This document shows positions 20,699-30,821 of a stretch of 64,000 nt of DNA, in pieces; position 1 is the first letter of the stretch, and every line of letters starts with the position of its first letter. The position numbers were made by a program, and so were the translations under genes. The stretch lies in contig CAVOFT010000001.1 in NCBI GenBank assembly GCA_963695095.1, forward strand, positions 256,001 to 320,000, given 5' to 3'. Under the pieces are notes generated by a model that was given only the letters and a program-made list of their open reading frames with translations, had not been told where the DNA came from and ran no database searches. The stretch is from an uncultured bacterium (GTDB lineage: Bacteria > Krumholzibacteriota > Krumholzibacteriia > JACNKJ01).

Positions 20699-21519
20699 AC
20701 GGGCGGCGCGCGCGCACGCTCTTCCTCCACCTGGCGATGGCGCTGGGCGCGCTGCTCACGCTCACCCCGCTCTTGTGGATGGTCTCCGCCTCCTTCATGC
20801 CCGACGGCGAGGCCAACAGCTTCCCGCCGCGGCTCCTGCCCAGCGACCCGACGCTCGACCACTACCGCGACCTCTTCACCCGCCTCGATCTCGCGCGCAA
20901 CTTCCTCAACAGCGCGGCGATCACGGTGCTGGCCACGGTGCTCTCGGTGCTCGTCAACTCGCTGGCCGGCTACGGCTTCGCCAAGCTGCCCCTTCCCGGC
21001 CGCGAGCCGCTCTTCCGCGGCCTGAGCGTGGCCCTGGTGATCCCCGCCCAGGTGGGCATGCTGCCGCTCTTCCTGCTGCTGCGGGAGCTGGGCCTGATCA
21101 ATACCTACGCCGGGGTGCTGGTGCCCTACGCGGCCAGCGTCTACGGCATCTTCCTGGTGCGGCAGTACGCGCTGGGCCTGCCGGACGCCCTGCTCGACGC
21201 CGCGCGCGTCGACGGCGCGGGCGAGCTGCGCATCTTCGCCACCGTCGCGCTGCCGGTGATCCGGCCCATCCTCGTCACGCTGGCGGCCTTCACCTTCCTC
21301 AGCGCCTGGAACGACTTCATGTGGCCGCTGATCATCCTCAGCGACAGCGCGCTCTACACCCTGCCCGTGGCGCTGGCCAGCCTCGTTGGCGAGCACGTGC
21401 AGGACACGGAGCTGATGATGGCCGGCTCGGTGATCACGACCCTGCCCGCCCTCCTGGTCTTCCTGCTCTTCCAGCGCACCTATGTTCGCGGCATCACCGC
21501 GGGCAGCATCAAGGAGTGA
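20695..21519 (+). CDS. Carbohydrate ABC permease 2 (MalG-like)
   Basis: LLDAARVDGAGELRIF EAA loop, AWNDFMWPLI, YVRGITAGSIKE. Confidence 0.92.
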   Translation: MNGRRARTLFLHLAMALGALLTLTPLLWMVSASFMPDGEANSFPPRLLPSDPTLDHYRDLFTRLDLARNFLNSAAITVLATVLSVLVNSLAGYGFAKLPLPGREPLFRGLSVALVIPAQVGMLPLFLLLRELGLINTYAGVLVPYAASVYGIFLVRQYALGLPDALLDAARVDGAGELRIFATVALPVIRPILVTLAAFTFLSAWNDFMWPLIILSDSALYTLPVALASLVGEHVQDTELMMAGSVITTLPALLVFLLFQRTYVRGITAGSIKE

Positions 21520-21524
21520 ACGCG

Positions 21525-24500
21525 ATGGGATTCCGGCGCGGCGTCCTTGCGGCTCTGCTGCTGCTGCCGGCGGTGTCGGCGGTGGCGAGCCAGGATTTCC
21601 GCCTGCGCATCGACGACTTCACCACGATCGACGCCTGGAGCGCCCACCCCGCCGATGGCGTGGCGCTCGCGCTCGCGGCGGACGCGGGCGCGCTGCGGAT
21701 GGACTTCGACATCCCCGGCGGCGGCTGGGCCATCGCGCGGCGCGAACTGAAGCTGCCCCTGCCCGACGACTACGTCTTCAGCTTTCGCATCCGCGGCGAC
21801 GCGCGGCCCAACCACCTGGAGTTCAAGCTCGTCGACGCGAGCGGCGAGAACGTCTGGTGGCACGTGAAGCGCGATCTCGTCTTCACGGCGGACTGGCAGA
21901 CGGTGCGCATCAAGAAGCGGCAGCTCGGCTTCGCCTGGGGGCCGCAGGGCGGGGGAGAGATCCAGCAGGTAGCGGCCATCGAGTTCGCCATCACCGCGGG
22001 TCAGGGCGGCGCCGGCAGCGTCTGGATCGACGATCTTGCGCTCGAGACCATTCTGCCCGGGCGCGGACCGGCGCCGCCGACCGTCGCGAGCGCATCCTCG
22101 GGCGAAGCGCCGGCGCGAGTGCTGGACGGCGATCCGGCCACGGCCTGGACGCCCGCGCCCGCGGATAGCGCAGCCTGGCTGCGCGTGGACCTCGGCCGCA
22201 TCGCCGAGTTCAGCGGCCTCGCGCTGGACTGGCTCCCCGACCAGGCGCCCGCGGACTACCAGCTGGAGGCGAGCCTGGACGGCGAGCGCTGGGATTCGCT
22301 CGCCGCCTCCCGCGCGCGCCAGGGCCGCCGCGACCTGCTCTTTGCGCCCGAGGCCGAGGCCCGCTACCTGCGCCTGCGCGCCGCCGGCGATCCGCCTGCG
22401 ACGGGCCGACGCCCGCCCTCGCCGAGCTCGCCCTGCAACCCCTGAGCTGGGCGAGCACGCGCAATGACGTCGTCCGTGCACTGGCTGCCGCGGCTCCCCG
22501 CGGCAGCTATCCGCGCGGCATGCGCGGCGAGCAGTCCTTCTGGACCGTCGTCGGCGCCGACGCCGATCCGCGCGAGTGCCTCATCAGCGAGGACGGCGCC
22601 GTGGAGATCGTGCCCGGCGGCGTCTCGCTCGAGCCCTTCCTCTGGACGGGCGAGCGCCTGCTCACCTGGGCCGATGTGAGGCTCGAGCAAAGCCTTGCCG
22701 AGGGCGGGCTGCCCATCCCCAGCGTGACCTGGACCGCCGCCGACCCGGCCCTCGAACTGGCGATCACCGCCTTCGCCGTGGGTGAGCCGCGCGCCTCGGG
22801 AGTCCTTGTCCGCTATCGGATCACGAACCGCAGCGATCGCCCCCGCGCGCCGACGCTCTTCCTCGCCCTGCGCTCTTTCCAGGTGAATCCGCCCACGCAG
22901 TTCCTCAACCGCCCGGGCGGTTTCGCGCCGCTCACGCGGCTGGCGCTGGTGGGAACGCGTGTGCTCATCGAGGATGAGCTGCGCGTGCTCCTCCTGATCC
23001 CGCCGACCGAAGTGGGCGCCCTCGCGAGCGCGCAGGGCGCGCTGGTGGAGGACTACCTGCGCCAGGGTCGCCTGCCGGGGGCGAACGCCGTCGAGGACCC
23101 GAGCGCTGCTGCGGCGGGGGCGCTGGCCTACGCGATGCAGCTCGCGCCGGGCGCGGCGGCCGAGTTCGTGCTGGCCCTGCCCCTCCACGCGGGCATGCCC
23201 CTGCCGCCGCCGGGGACGGATCCTTTGGCCTGGGCGGCGGGCGCCGAGGACGAGGCCCGCGCGCGCTGGCGCGCCCGCCTCGCCGCGCCGGCGCTCGACC
23301 TGCCGCCCACGGCAGCGCGAGTGGTCGAGACCTTCCGCGCGCAGCTCGGCTACATCCTCGTCAATCGGGCGGGCCCTGCGATCCAGCCGGGCGCCCGGGC
23401 CTACGCGCGATCCTGGATTCGCGACGGCGCGCTCACCGCCTCGGCCCTGCTGCGAGTCGGGTTGCCTGATGTCGCCCGGGACTTCTGCGACTGGTACGCG
23501 CCCTACCAGTACGCCAACGGCAAGATCCCCTGCGTGGTGGACCGGCGCGGCGCCGATCCCGTGCCCGAGCACGACAGCAGCGGCGAGTTCATCTTTCTCG
23601 TCGCGGAGTGCCTGCGCTACGGCGCCGACGAGGCCTTCGCGCAGCGGCACTGGCCCCGCGTGGCGGCGGCGGCCGCCTACCTGGATTCCCTCCGTCACGA
23701 GCGCCTGGGCGACTACTGGCTGGCCCCGGAGCGACGGGAGTTCCACGGCCTGCTGCCGCCCTCGATCAGCCACGAGGGCTACTCGGCCAAGCCCATGCAT
23801 TCCTACTGGGACGATCTCTGGGCCCTGCGCGGCTTCCGCGATGCCGCCTGGCTCGCCGAGCGGCTCGGCGAGGCGGAGTCAGCGCGCCGCTGGCGGCAGG
23901 TCGCCGCCGAGTTCGCCGCCGACCTGCATGCATCGGTGCTGGCGGTGCAGGCGCGTCACGGCATCGACTACGTGCCCGGCTGCGCCGATCTCGGCGACTT
24001 CGACGCCACCTCCACCACCATCGCGCTGACGCCCGTGCAGGCCGGCGAGGCGCTGCCGGCGCCGGCCCTCACGCGCACCTTCGAGCGCTTCCTGAGCTTC
24101 TTCCGCGATCGACGCGAGGGCCGCGCCGACTGGGAGGCCTACACGCCCTACGAGCTGCGCAACGTGGGCGCCTGCGTGCAGCTCGGCTGGCGCGAGGACG
24201 CCCACGAACTGCTGGACTACTACTTCGCCGACCAGCGGCCGGCGGGCTGGCGGCACTGGGCCGAAGTGGTCGCCCGCGAGGCGCGCTTGCCGCGCTTCCT
24301 CGGCGACATGCCCCACACCTGGGTGGGCTCGGACTTCCTGCGCAGCGTGCTGGACATGCTGCTCTACTACGACGAGGGCCGCGAGGCCCTGGTCATCGGT
24401 GCCGGCGTGCCTGCAACCTGGCTGGCCGAGGGCCCCGTCGGTGCCGGGCCCCTGCCCGTGCCCGGTGGCGGCGCGCTGAGCTTCCGCATGGAGGCGCAGG

Positions 24501-24679
24501 GCGGCGATCTGACGATCGCGGTTGCGGGCGACTGCCGGGTCCCGCCCGGTGGGATCCTGCTCTCGCCACCCGCCGCGGGCGAGTATCGCGAGGCCAGCGC
24601 CGACGGGGTCGCGCTCGAGCGCCTGCCGGGCGGCGAGATCATCCTGCGCGCGCTGCCGGCGCGGCTGCGCCTGCGCTAG
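21525..24679 (+). CDS. Secreted multi-domain protein: galactose-binding-like domain, F5/8C (discoidin) domain and six-hairpin glycosidase-like domain; indels at ~22380-22500
   Basis: Signal peptide; LEFKLVD..GENVWW; VLDGDPATAW...WLRVDLG...SLDGERW (discoidin); YARSWIRDGAL, PSISHEGY, YTPYELRN, GDMPHTWV. Confidence 0.75.
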
Positions 24680-25416
24680 CGCGGCTCCGCGGCGGCGGCG
24701 GGGACTTCCCACTCCAGCTCGGCGGCGAGCAGCGGCGGCCGCAGGATGGCCGTCCACAGGTCATAGCCGGCGGCATTCAGATGCAGGCGATCGGGAAGGT
24801 AGAGCTCGGCCCGCGGCTCGCCCCGGGCGTCGAGCATGGGGCCGGCCACGTCGATGAAGCTGAGCAGGGAGTCCGCGGCGCAGGCCGCCGCCACCAGCGC
24901 GTTCGCCCGCTGCATCGCCGGCCAGTGTTGCCAGCGGGCCGGGCTCGGCTTGATGGCGAGCGCGTAGACGCGCAGCCCGGGCAGCTCCGCCCGCAGCGTG
25001 TCCACGAGCGCGCGGAAGCTTGCCGCCACGGCTTCGGGCTCGGCGCCGAAGTCGATGTCGTTGTCCCCCTCGTAGAGCAGCAGCGCGCGCGGCCGGTAGG
25101 GCAGGATGAGGCGGTAGGCGTAGGCGAGCGCGTCGAGGTAGGTGCTGCCGCCGAAGCCGCGCGGCAGCAGGGTGAGCGGCGCGAGATCCGTGCGCATACG
25201 CTCATGCCAGAGGCGCAGGCTCGAGCTGCCCACGCAGACGATGGCGCCCGGCGCCGGCGGCGCCAGGCTGTCCGCATGCAGGAAGGCGGCGATCTCGCCC
25301 GCGAGGCGGGCGGGGTCGGGCAGGGTTTCGATCTCACTGGCGCGGGCGGCCGCCGCGCTGCCGGCGGTGAGAGCGACGGCGAGCAACCAGGTCGCGCGTA
25401 TCAAGGCGCCGCGCAT
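24676..25416 (-). CDS. Secreted SGNH/GDSL esterase
   Basis: VGSSS (block I), RGFGGS (II), YEGDND (III), DRLHLN (V); signal peptide. Confidence 0.88.
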   Translation of the reverse strand: MRGALIRATWLLAVALTAGSAAAARASEIETLPDPARLAGEIAAFLHADSLAPPAPGAIVCVGSSSLRLWHERMRTDLAPLTLLPRGFGGSTYLDALAYAYRLILPYRPRALLLYEGDNDIDFGAEPEAVAASFRALVDTLRAELPGLRVYALAIKPSPARWQHWPAMQRANALVAAACAADSLLSFIDVAGPMLDARGEPRAELYLPDRLHLNAAGYDLWTAILRPPLLAAELEWEVPAAAAEPR

Positions 25417-25423
25417 GCTCTGC

Positions 25424-26782
25424 TCACCCCTTTTCCATCCGGCCGCCGGCGCGGATGATCTCCGCGTAGAGGCGGCCGCTGTCCTTGATCCGGCGCTGCC
25501 GGCTCACCGGATCCACGCCGACGATGCCGAAGCGCTTGCTCAGGCCCTCGGCCCACTCGAGGTTGTCCAGCAGGGACCAGGCGAAGTAGCCGCGCAGGTC
25601 CACGCCGCGCGCCAGGGCCGCCTGCGCCTCGCGCAGATGTGCCTGCAGGTAGGCGCCGCGCAGGGGATCGGCGATGCGGCCGTCGGCCGCCGGCGGGGGA
25701 TCGGCGAAGGCGGCGCCGTTCTCGGTGACGTAGATGGGCAGCGGCCGCGCCGCCTGCCAGACCCGATCGAGCACCTCGCCGAGGCCGGCGGGATAGACCT
25801 CCCAGTCGGTCTCGGTGTGCAGGGCGGCCGACTGGCGGACGCTGGCCGCGGCGAGGAAGCCGGCCTGCGCATCGTGACGCACCACGCTGCGCGTGTAGTA
25901 GTTGACGCCGATCCAGTCCAGCGGCTGCTGGATGCGTTCGAGATCGGCGGCCGGGATCGCGGGCCAGTCGGCGCCGAAGCGCTCGGCGAGCAGCGCCGGA
26001 TAGGCGCCCGTCATCAGGGCGTCGAGGAAGAAGCCGTTCATGTAGGCGTCGGCGCGGCGGACGGCGGCCCGGTCGGCGGCGCTCTCGCTCGCCGCGTGCT
26101 TGGGCTCCAGGTTGAGGACGATGCCGAGCTCGCCGGCGCCGGCGGCGCGCAGGGCGGCCAGGCCGGCGGCATGCGCGCGCAGCAGGTTGTGCGCGACCCG
26201 CGCGGCCTCGGCGAGGCTGCGATGCCCAGGCGCGTGGCAGCCGTGGACATAGCCGGCGTCCATGACGACCCAGGGCTCGTTGAGGGTGGCCCACATCGCC
26301 ACCCGGTCGCCGAGCGCGGCGTGGACGATCGCCGCGTAGTCGGCGAACCAGCCCGCGCAATCGGGGTTCAGCCAGCCGCCGCGATCCTCGAGAGCGGCGG
26401 GCAGATCCCAGTGGTAGAGCGTGAGGCAGGGGCGGATGCCCGCGGCCAGCAGACCGTCGACGAGGCGGCGGTAGAAGTCCAGGCCGGCCCGGTTGACCTC
26501 GCCCGTGCCGGCGGGCAGCACCCGCGCCCAGGACAGGCTGAAGCGATAGGCGTTCAGGCCGAGGGTCTGCATCAGCTGCAGGTCCTCGGGCCAGCGGCGA
26601 TAGTGGTCGCTGGCGATGGCCACCGCTTCCGGGTCGCGCACGCGCCCGGGCTCGCGGGCGAAGCGATGCCAGATGCTCTCGCCGCCGCCGTCGGCCAGCG
26701 GCGAGCCCTCGATCTGGTAGGCGCTGGTCGCGGCGCCCCAGAGGAAGCCGGGGGGGAAGGCGCGGCTGGGCTCGTCCGTCAT
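25424..26782 (-). CDS. bglA: GH1 beta-glucosidase
   Basis: FLWGAATSAYQIEG, TLYHWDLP, TLNEPW (acid/base), YVTENG (nucleophile), WSLLDNLEWAEG; no signal peptide. Confidence 0.95.
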   Translation of the reverse strand: MTDEPSRAFPPGFLWGAATSAYQIEGSPLADGGGESIWHRFAREPGRVRDPEAVAIASDHYRRWPEDLQLMQTLGLNAYRFSLSWARVLPAGTGEVNRAGLDFYRRLVDGLLAAGIRPCLTLYHWDLPAALEDRGGWLNPDCAGWFADYAAIVHAALGDRVAMWATLNEPWVVMDAGYVHGCHAPGHRSLAEAARVAHNLLRAHAAGLAALRAAGAGELGIVLNLEPKHAASESAADRAAVRRADAYMNGFFLDALMTGAYPALLAERFGADWPAIPAADLERIQQPLDWIGVNYYTRSVVRHDAQAGFLAAASVRQSAALHTETDWEVYPAGLGEVLDRVWQAARPLPIYVTENGAAFADPPPAADGRIADPLRGAYLQAHLREAQAALARGVDLRGYFAWSLLDNLEWAEGLSKRFGIVGVDPVSRQRRIKDSGRLYAEIIRAGGRMEKG

Positions 26783-29700
26783 TGCGCAGCTCCCGCGTCG
26801 GGACCCAGGGTGACGGCCACACGGTGTTCACGGCCGTCGCGCAGGAGGGGAAGGCGGCACTGCCCGCGCTCGACGGGCAGGCTCTGGCCGTCGACGGCGC
26901 AGGCGACCACGGCCTCGGCGCAGCCCTGGGGATTGCCGACCGCGATGTGATAGAGGGTGCCCGCGACCTCCCCCGGCGGCCGATAGCGGATCTCGAAGCC
27001 CGGCCAGTCGTCGGGAATGGCCGGCGCGAGGCGCAGCCACAGGCCGCCCTCGAGGCGCAGGCCCAGCAGCGACTCCAGGGCGACGCGCAGCATCCAGCCC
27101 GAGGAGCCCGTGTACCAGGTCCAGCCGCCGCGGCCCACGTGGGGCGCCACGCCGTAGATGTCGGCGGCCATCACGTAGGGCTCCACCTGGTAGCGCGCCA
27201 CGTCCGCCGGCGTGGCGCTGCGATTGATGGGATTGAGGAGCGCCAGCAGGGGAGCGACGCGATCGCGCCGGCCCAGCATGGCGAAGGCGCGCACGAGCCA
27301 GAGGGCGGCATGGGTGTACTGGCCGCCGTTCTCGCGCACGCCGGGCAGGTAGCCCTTGATGTAGCCCGGGTCCTGCGCCGTGCGGTCGAAGGGCGGCGCG
27401 AGCAGGCGGATCAGGCCCTCGGGCTCGGAGACGAGCTGCTCCTCGGCGGCGGCCATGGCGCGCCGCGCCCGCTCGGGCGGGGCCGCGCCGGAGAGCACGG
27501 ACCAGGCCTGCACGAGCGCGTCGATGCGGCACTCGTCGCTCTCGCGCGAGCCGAGGGGCGCGCCGCTGTCATAGTAGCCGCGGCGATACCAGTCGCCGTC
27601 CCAGCCGGCCGCCTCCAGGGCGAGGAGCAGCGCGTCGCGGTGCTGCGCATAGCGAAGGCGGCGCTCCTCGTCGGCCCGGGCGGCGACGAGGGGCAGGAAG
27701 GCGTCGATCACCGTGACCAGGAAGAAGCCCATCCAGACGCTCTCGCCGCGACCCTCGCGGCCGACCCGGTTCATGCCGTCGTTCCAGTCCCCGCCGCCGA
27801 AGAGCGGCAGGCCGTGCGCGCCGCTCGTCAGGGAGCGGTCGAGGGCGCGGCAGCAGTGCTCGTAGAGGCTGGCCGGCCGGCCGGCCGGAACGAGGGGGAG
27901 CAGGGCCTCGTCTTCGCCCGGCGCCAGGGGCCGCGCGCGCAGGAAGTCGATCGACTCGCCGAGCAGGCCCGCGTCCCCCGTGGCGGCCAGGTACTCGGCG
28001 GCCAGCAGGGGCAGCCAGAGCAGGTCGTCGGCGAAGCGCGTGCGCAGACCCAGCTCGAGCAGGGGATGCCACCAGTGCATCACGTCGCCCGCCTCCAGCT
28101 GATGGGCGGCGTGAAGCAGGATCTGGCGCCGGGTCAGCTCGGGCTCGTGCAGCAGCAGGGCCCCGGCATCCTGGAGCTGATCGCGAAAGCCGAAGGCGCC
28201 GCCGGATTGATAGCCGGCGCTGCGGCCCAGGATGCGACAGCTGAGGGTCTGGTAGGGCAGCCAGGCATTGACCAGCAGGTCCAGCTCCGGCGCCGGCGTG
28301 CTCACCTGCAGGCGATCGCAGAGGCCGCGCCAGCTGGCGTTGACTGCGCTGAAGGCGCGGCGCCAGGCCGCGGGCTCTTCATGGCGACGGCAGATGTCGA
28401 GGATCTCGTCTTCGCTGTCGGCCTCGCCGAAGAGGAAGCAGAGCTCCGTGCTCGCGCCGGGCTCCAGCTCGAGCTGCAGCCGCTGGGTGAAGCAGGGATC
28501 GCCCGCGGCGCTCGCCTCCAGGCGGCCGCTCCGCAGCGCGGCCGGCGAGGCGAGGTCCAGCCCGTCGCCGAGAAAGGCCGCGCGGTCGCCGCCCGCCTGC
28601 GCCTCGCCCGCGGCACCCGGCGTCCGCAGGGCGGCGAAGGCGATCGGCGAGGCGAGGCCGCGGCGCCGCGCCCGCAGGTCGCCCGCTCGCTCCCCCGCGC
28701 TCACGAGGAGATGGCGCCGGCTCTCGCCGACCGGGGCGCCCAGACTGAGCAGCGTGTGCGCCCAGAGGGACAGGCGCCGGCGGCCGCTGCCCAGGTTGCG
28801 CAGGCGGATGTGCGTCAGGCGCAGGGGGTCGCTCTGGGCGGCGAAGAGGAGGGTGGCCTGCTCGAGCCCGCCATGGACCAGCAGGCAGCGGCTGTAGCCG
28901 ATGCCGTGGCGCAGCTCGTAGTCCGCGGCCGCGGGCGCCGGGCCCGGCAGCAGGGACCAGAAGTCGCCGCTGTCCTCGTCGCGCAGATAGAAGGCCTCGC
29001 TGTGGGGATCGAGAAGGGGATCGTTGGCCCAGGGGCTGAGGCGATGCTCGCGGCTGTTGCCCCGCCAGGTCGAGCCGGCCCCCGTCTCGCTGATCAGGAA
29101 GCCGAAGCTCTCGTTGGCGATCACGTTGATCCAGGGCCGCGGCGGCAGCCGGAGGCCGCCCGGCCGCTGGGGCAGGCGGAGGACGTACTCCCGCCCATCC
29201 TCGCTGAAGCCGCCGTAGCCGTTGAAGCAGCGCAGGTCTGCCGATTCCGGCGGGTCGGCCATGGCGCTCTGCGCACTCTCGTCCACGGGGCCCGCTGCCG
29301 CTGCGGGCCATGGCGCTGCCTGGCCGTGCACTGGACTCAGGACGGGCAGGCGATCCCGGGGCGCGCAGCAGGCGGCGGCTTCCAGCGCCTGCAGTTCCGC
29401 CGCGCTCCACTCGGCCGCCGCCAGGCGCCGGCGGCCATCGATCGCGCTGCCTGGCCGCGCGTCCCGGCCGTCCCCGCCCTCCTCGCCGACGGTGAAGAGA
29501 TCGAGGGGCAGAGCAAGTGCGTGCCAGTAGAGCTGCCCACGGCCGAGGAGCTCGAGATCCGCAGCCGCCAGCCGGCGCTCGTCGGCGAGCAGGAAGGCGC
29601 GGTCGGGGCCGAGGCCCAGGCGCTCCTGGAGGAGGGCGCGGGGCATTGGCGCCACGGACTGGGCGGCCGCCGGCCAGAGCGCCGGGTGGTCGAGCATCAG

Positions 29701-30618
29701 GCCGGCCGCGAGCTGCTCGAAGTAGGCGGCGTCTTCACCGCTCAGCCCCAGCTCGGCGAGCATGTGCAGCTGGGAGGTCCGCGCCCCTTCGAGCACGCTG
29801 GCGAGGTGCCCCGGCGCGCTGAGGCGCTCGAGCATCGCGAACGCGGAGTTCTCATCCCGAACGGCGCTGAGCACCACCACGAGCTCGGCGATCTCGCCGG
29901 CGGCCAGGACCAGCTCCCGCCGCAGGCAGAGGCCTGGGTCCAGCACGCTGCCCGTGCGGCCGCCGAGCTCGGCCAGGGCGGGCGCGATGCTCGCCAGGCG
30001 GGCGCTCGCGGCGCGGGGCAGCAGCCGGCTCCGGTCGCTCTCGTGGGCGATCGGCGCGCTGCCCGGCATGGCCAGGACCAGGGGCGGCGTCTCCTCCTCG
30101 GGCTGCCGCGGCCGGCGCCGGACGACGAGCGCCCTGGCATCGGGCAGCCACTCGGTCTGCAGGAAGAGCTTGGAGAAGACCGGATGGGCGGCGTGGGCCG
30201 CCGCCGGGAGCAGGACGGGTTCCAGGTAGGCGCTCAGCTCCAGGCGGCGGCTGCGGCCCCCTTGGTTTGTGACCCGGACCCGGCGCACTTCGAGGTCGAG
30301 ATCCGGATGGACGAGGACCTCCAGCTCCGTGTCGATCTCGCCCTGGCGGCCCGCCAGACGGGCGCTGCCCGCGCGCCAGCTCGCCGTGTAATCGGTTTCA
30401 GGCTCGCCGTCGCCCACGCCCAGGGGCCAGGCTCTCCGCTGTTCGACATCGCGCAGCAGGAGCTGCAAGCCGCCCCGCAGGTCCCAGCGGCCCCCATGGC
30501 AGTCGCTGAGGGAGAGCGCTCCCAGACGGGAAAATCCCGTGCCCATTGAAGTTAGGGCAACGGTGTAGCGCCCATTCGAGAGCAGGCGCGTGAGGGGAAG
30601 CCGCCCTGGACCCATCAT
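26779..30618 (-). CDS. GH94 glycoside phosphorylase (NdvB/Cgs C-terminal type, 1,2-beta-oligoglucan phosphorylase-like)
   Basis: LLSNGRY, HPVFSKLFLQTE, FNGYGGFSEDGREY, PWINVIAN, YQSGGAFGFRDQLQD, GDWNDGMN, GVRENGGQYTH, WTWYTGSSGW; no TM or GT84 domain. Confidence 0.9.
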   Translation of the reverse strand: MMGPGRLPLTRLLSNGRYTVALTSMGTGFSRLGALSLSDCHGGRWDLRGGLQLLLRDVEQRRAWPLGVGDGEPETDYTASWRAGSARLAGRQGEIDTELEVLVHPDLDLEVRRVRVTNQGGRSRRLELSAYLEPVLLPAAAHAAHPVFSKLFLQTEWLPDARALVVRRRPRQPEEETPPLVLAMPGSAPIAHESDRSRLLPRAASARLASIAPALAELGGRTGSVLDPGLCLRRELVLAAGEIAELVVVLSAVRDENSAFAMLERLSAPGHLASVLEGARTSQLHMLAELGLSGEDAAYFEQLAAGLMLDHPALWPAAAQSVAPMPRALLQERLGLGPDRAFLLADERRLAAADLELLGRGQLYWHALALPLDLFTVGEEGGDGRDARPGSAIDGRRRLAAAEWSAAELQALEAAACCAPRDRLPVLSPVHGQAAPWPAAAAGPVDESAQSAMADPPESADLRCFNGYGGFSEDGREYVLRLPQRPGGLRLPPRPWINVIANESFGFLISETGAGSTWRGNSREHRLSPWANDPLLDPHSEAFYLRDEDSGDFWSLLPGPAPAAADYELRHGIGYSRCLLVHGGLEQATLLFAAQSDPLRLTHIRLRNLGSGRRRLSLWAHTLLSLGAPVGESRRHLLVSAGERAGDLRARRRGLASPIAFAALRTPGAAGEAQAGGDRAAFLGDGLDLASPAALRSGRLEASAAGDPCFTQRLQLELEPGASTELCFLFGEADSEDEILDICRRHEEPAAWRRAFSAVNASWRGLCDRLQVSTPAPELDLLVNAWLPYQTLSCRILGRSAGYQSGGAFGFRDQLQDAGALLLHEPELTRRQILLHAAHQLEAGDVMHWWHPLLELGLRTRFADDLLWLPLLAAEYLAATGDAGLLGESIDFLRARPLAPGEDEALLPLVPAGRPASLYEHCCRALDRSLTSGAHGLPLFGGGDWNDGMNRVGREGRGESVWMGFFLVTVIDAFLPLVAARADEERRLRYAQHRDALLLALEAAGWDGDWYRRGYYDSGAPLGSRESDECRIDALVQAWSVLSGAAPPERARRAMAAAEEQLVSEPEGLIRLLAPPFDRTAQDPGYIKGYLPGVRENGGQYTHAALWLVRAFAMLGRRDRVAPLLALLNPINRSATPADVARYQVEPYVMAADIYGVAPHVGRGGWTWYTGSSGWMLRVALESLLGLRLEGGLWLRLAPAIPDDWPGFEIRYRPPGEVAGTLYHIAVGNPQGCAEAVVACAVDGQSLPVERGQCRLPLLRDGREHRVAVTLGPDAGAAQ

Positions 30619-30749
30619 TCTCTCCGATCCGCGTCCCGCCGGTCTTGGCACCGCGATTTCCGGGGTCCCACCCTGACTTCTTACTACTGAGAGTCTCGGC
30701 GGCGCAAGCGCCGCCACAGCACCGAGGTGTTGACTTTCTTACCAGTTTA

Positions 30750-30763
30750 TGTAACCGTTTACA
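30750..30763. promoter_or_regulatory. Candidate LacI-family operator 3
   Basis: Near-palindrome TGTAACCGTTTACA with the central CG typical of LacI operators, in the AT-rich gap between the GH94 gene and lacI; TTGACT at 30730-30735. Confidence 0.75.
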
Positions 30764-30821
30764 AGGGTGCTTCGCAGCTTGTCTACCCTTGCCTTCCTGG
30801 CGCCAGCGTCGAGGATTGCCC

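Noticed and set aside
26782..30549. Long antisense ORFs (also 36491-39679, 4809-7568, 48670-51018, 33740-36154)
   Set aside because: Shadow frames of real genes in high-GC DNA; they carry no family motifs.
26779..30618. Cyclic beta-1,2-glucan synthase (Cgs/NdvB)
   Set aside because: Only the GH94 part is present, with no TM segments or synthase domain, so it is a catabolic phosphorylase.
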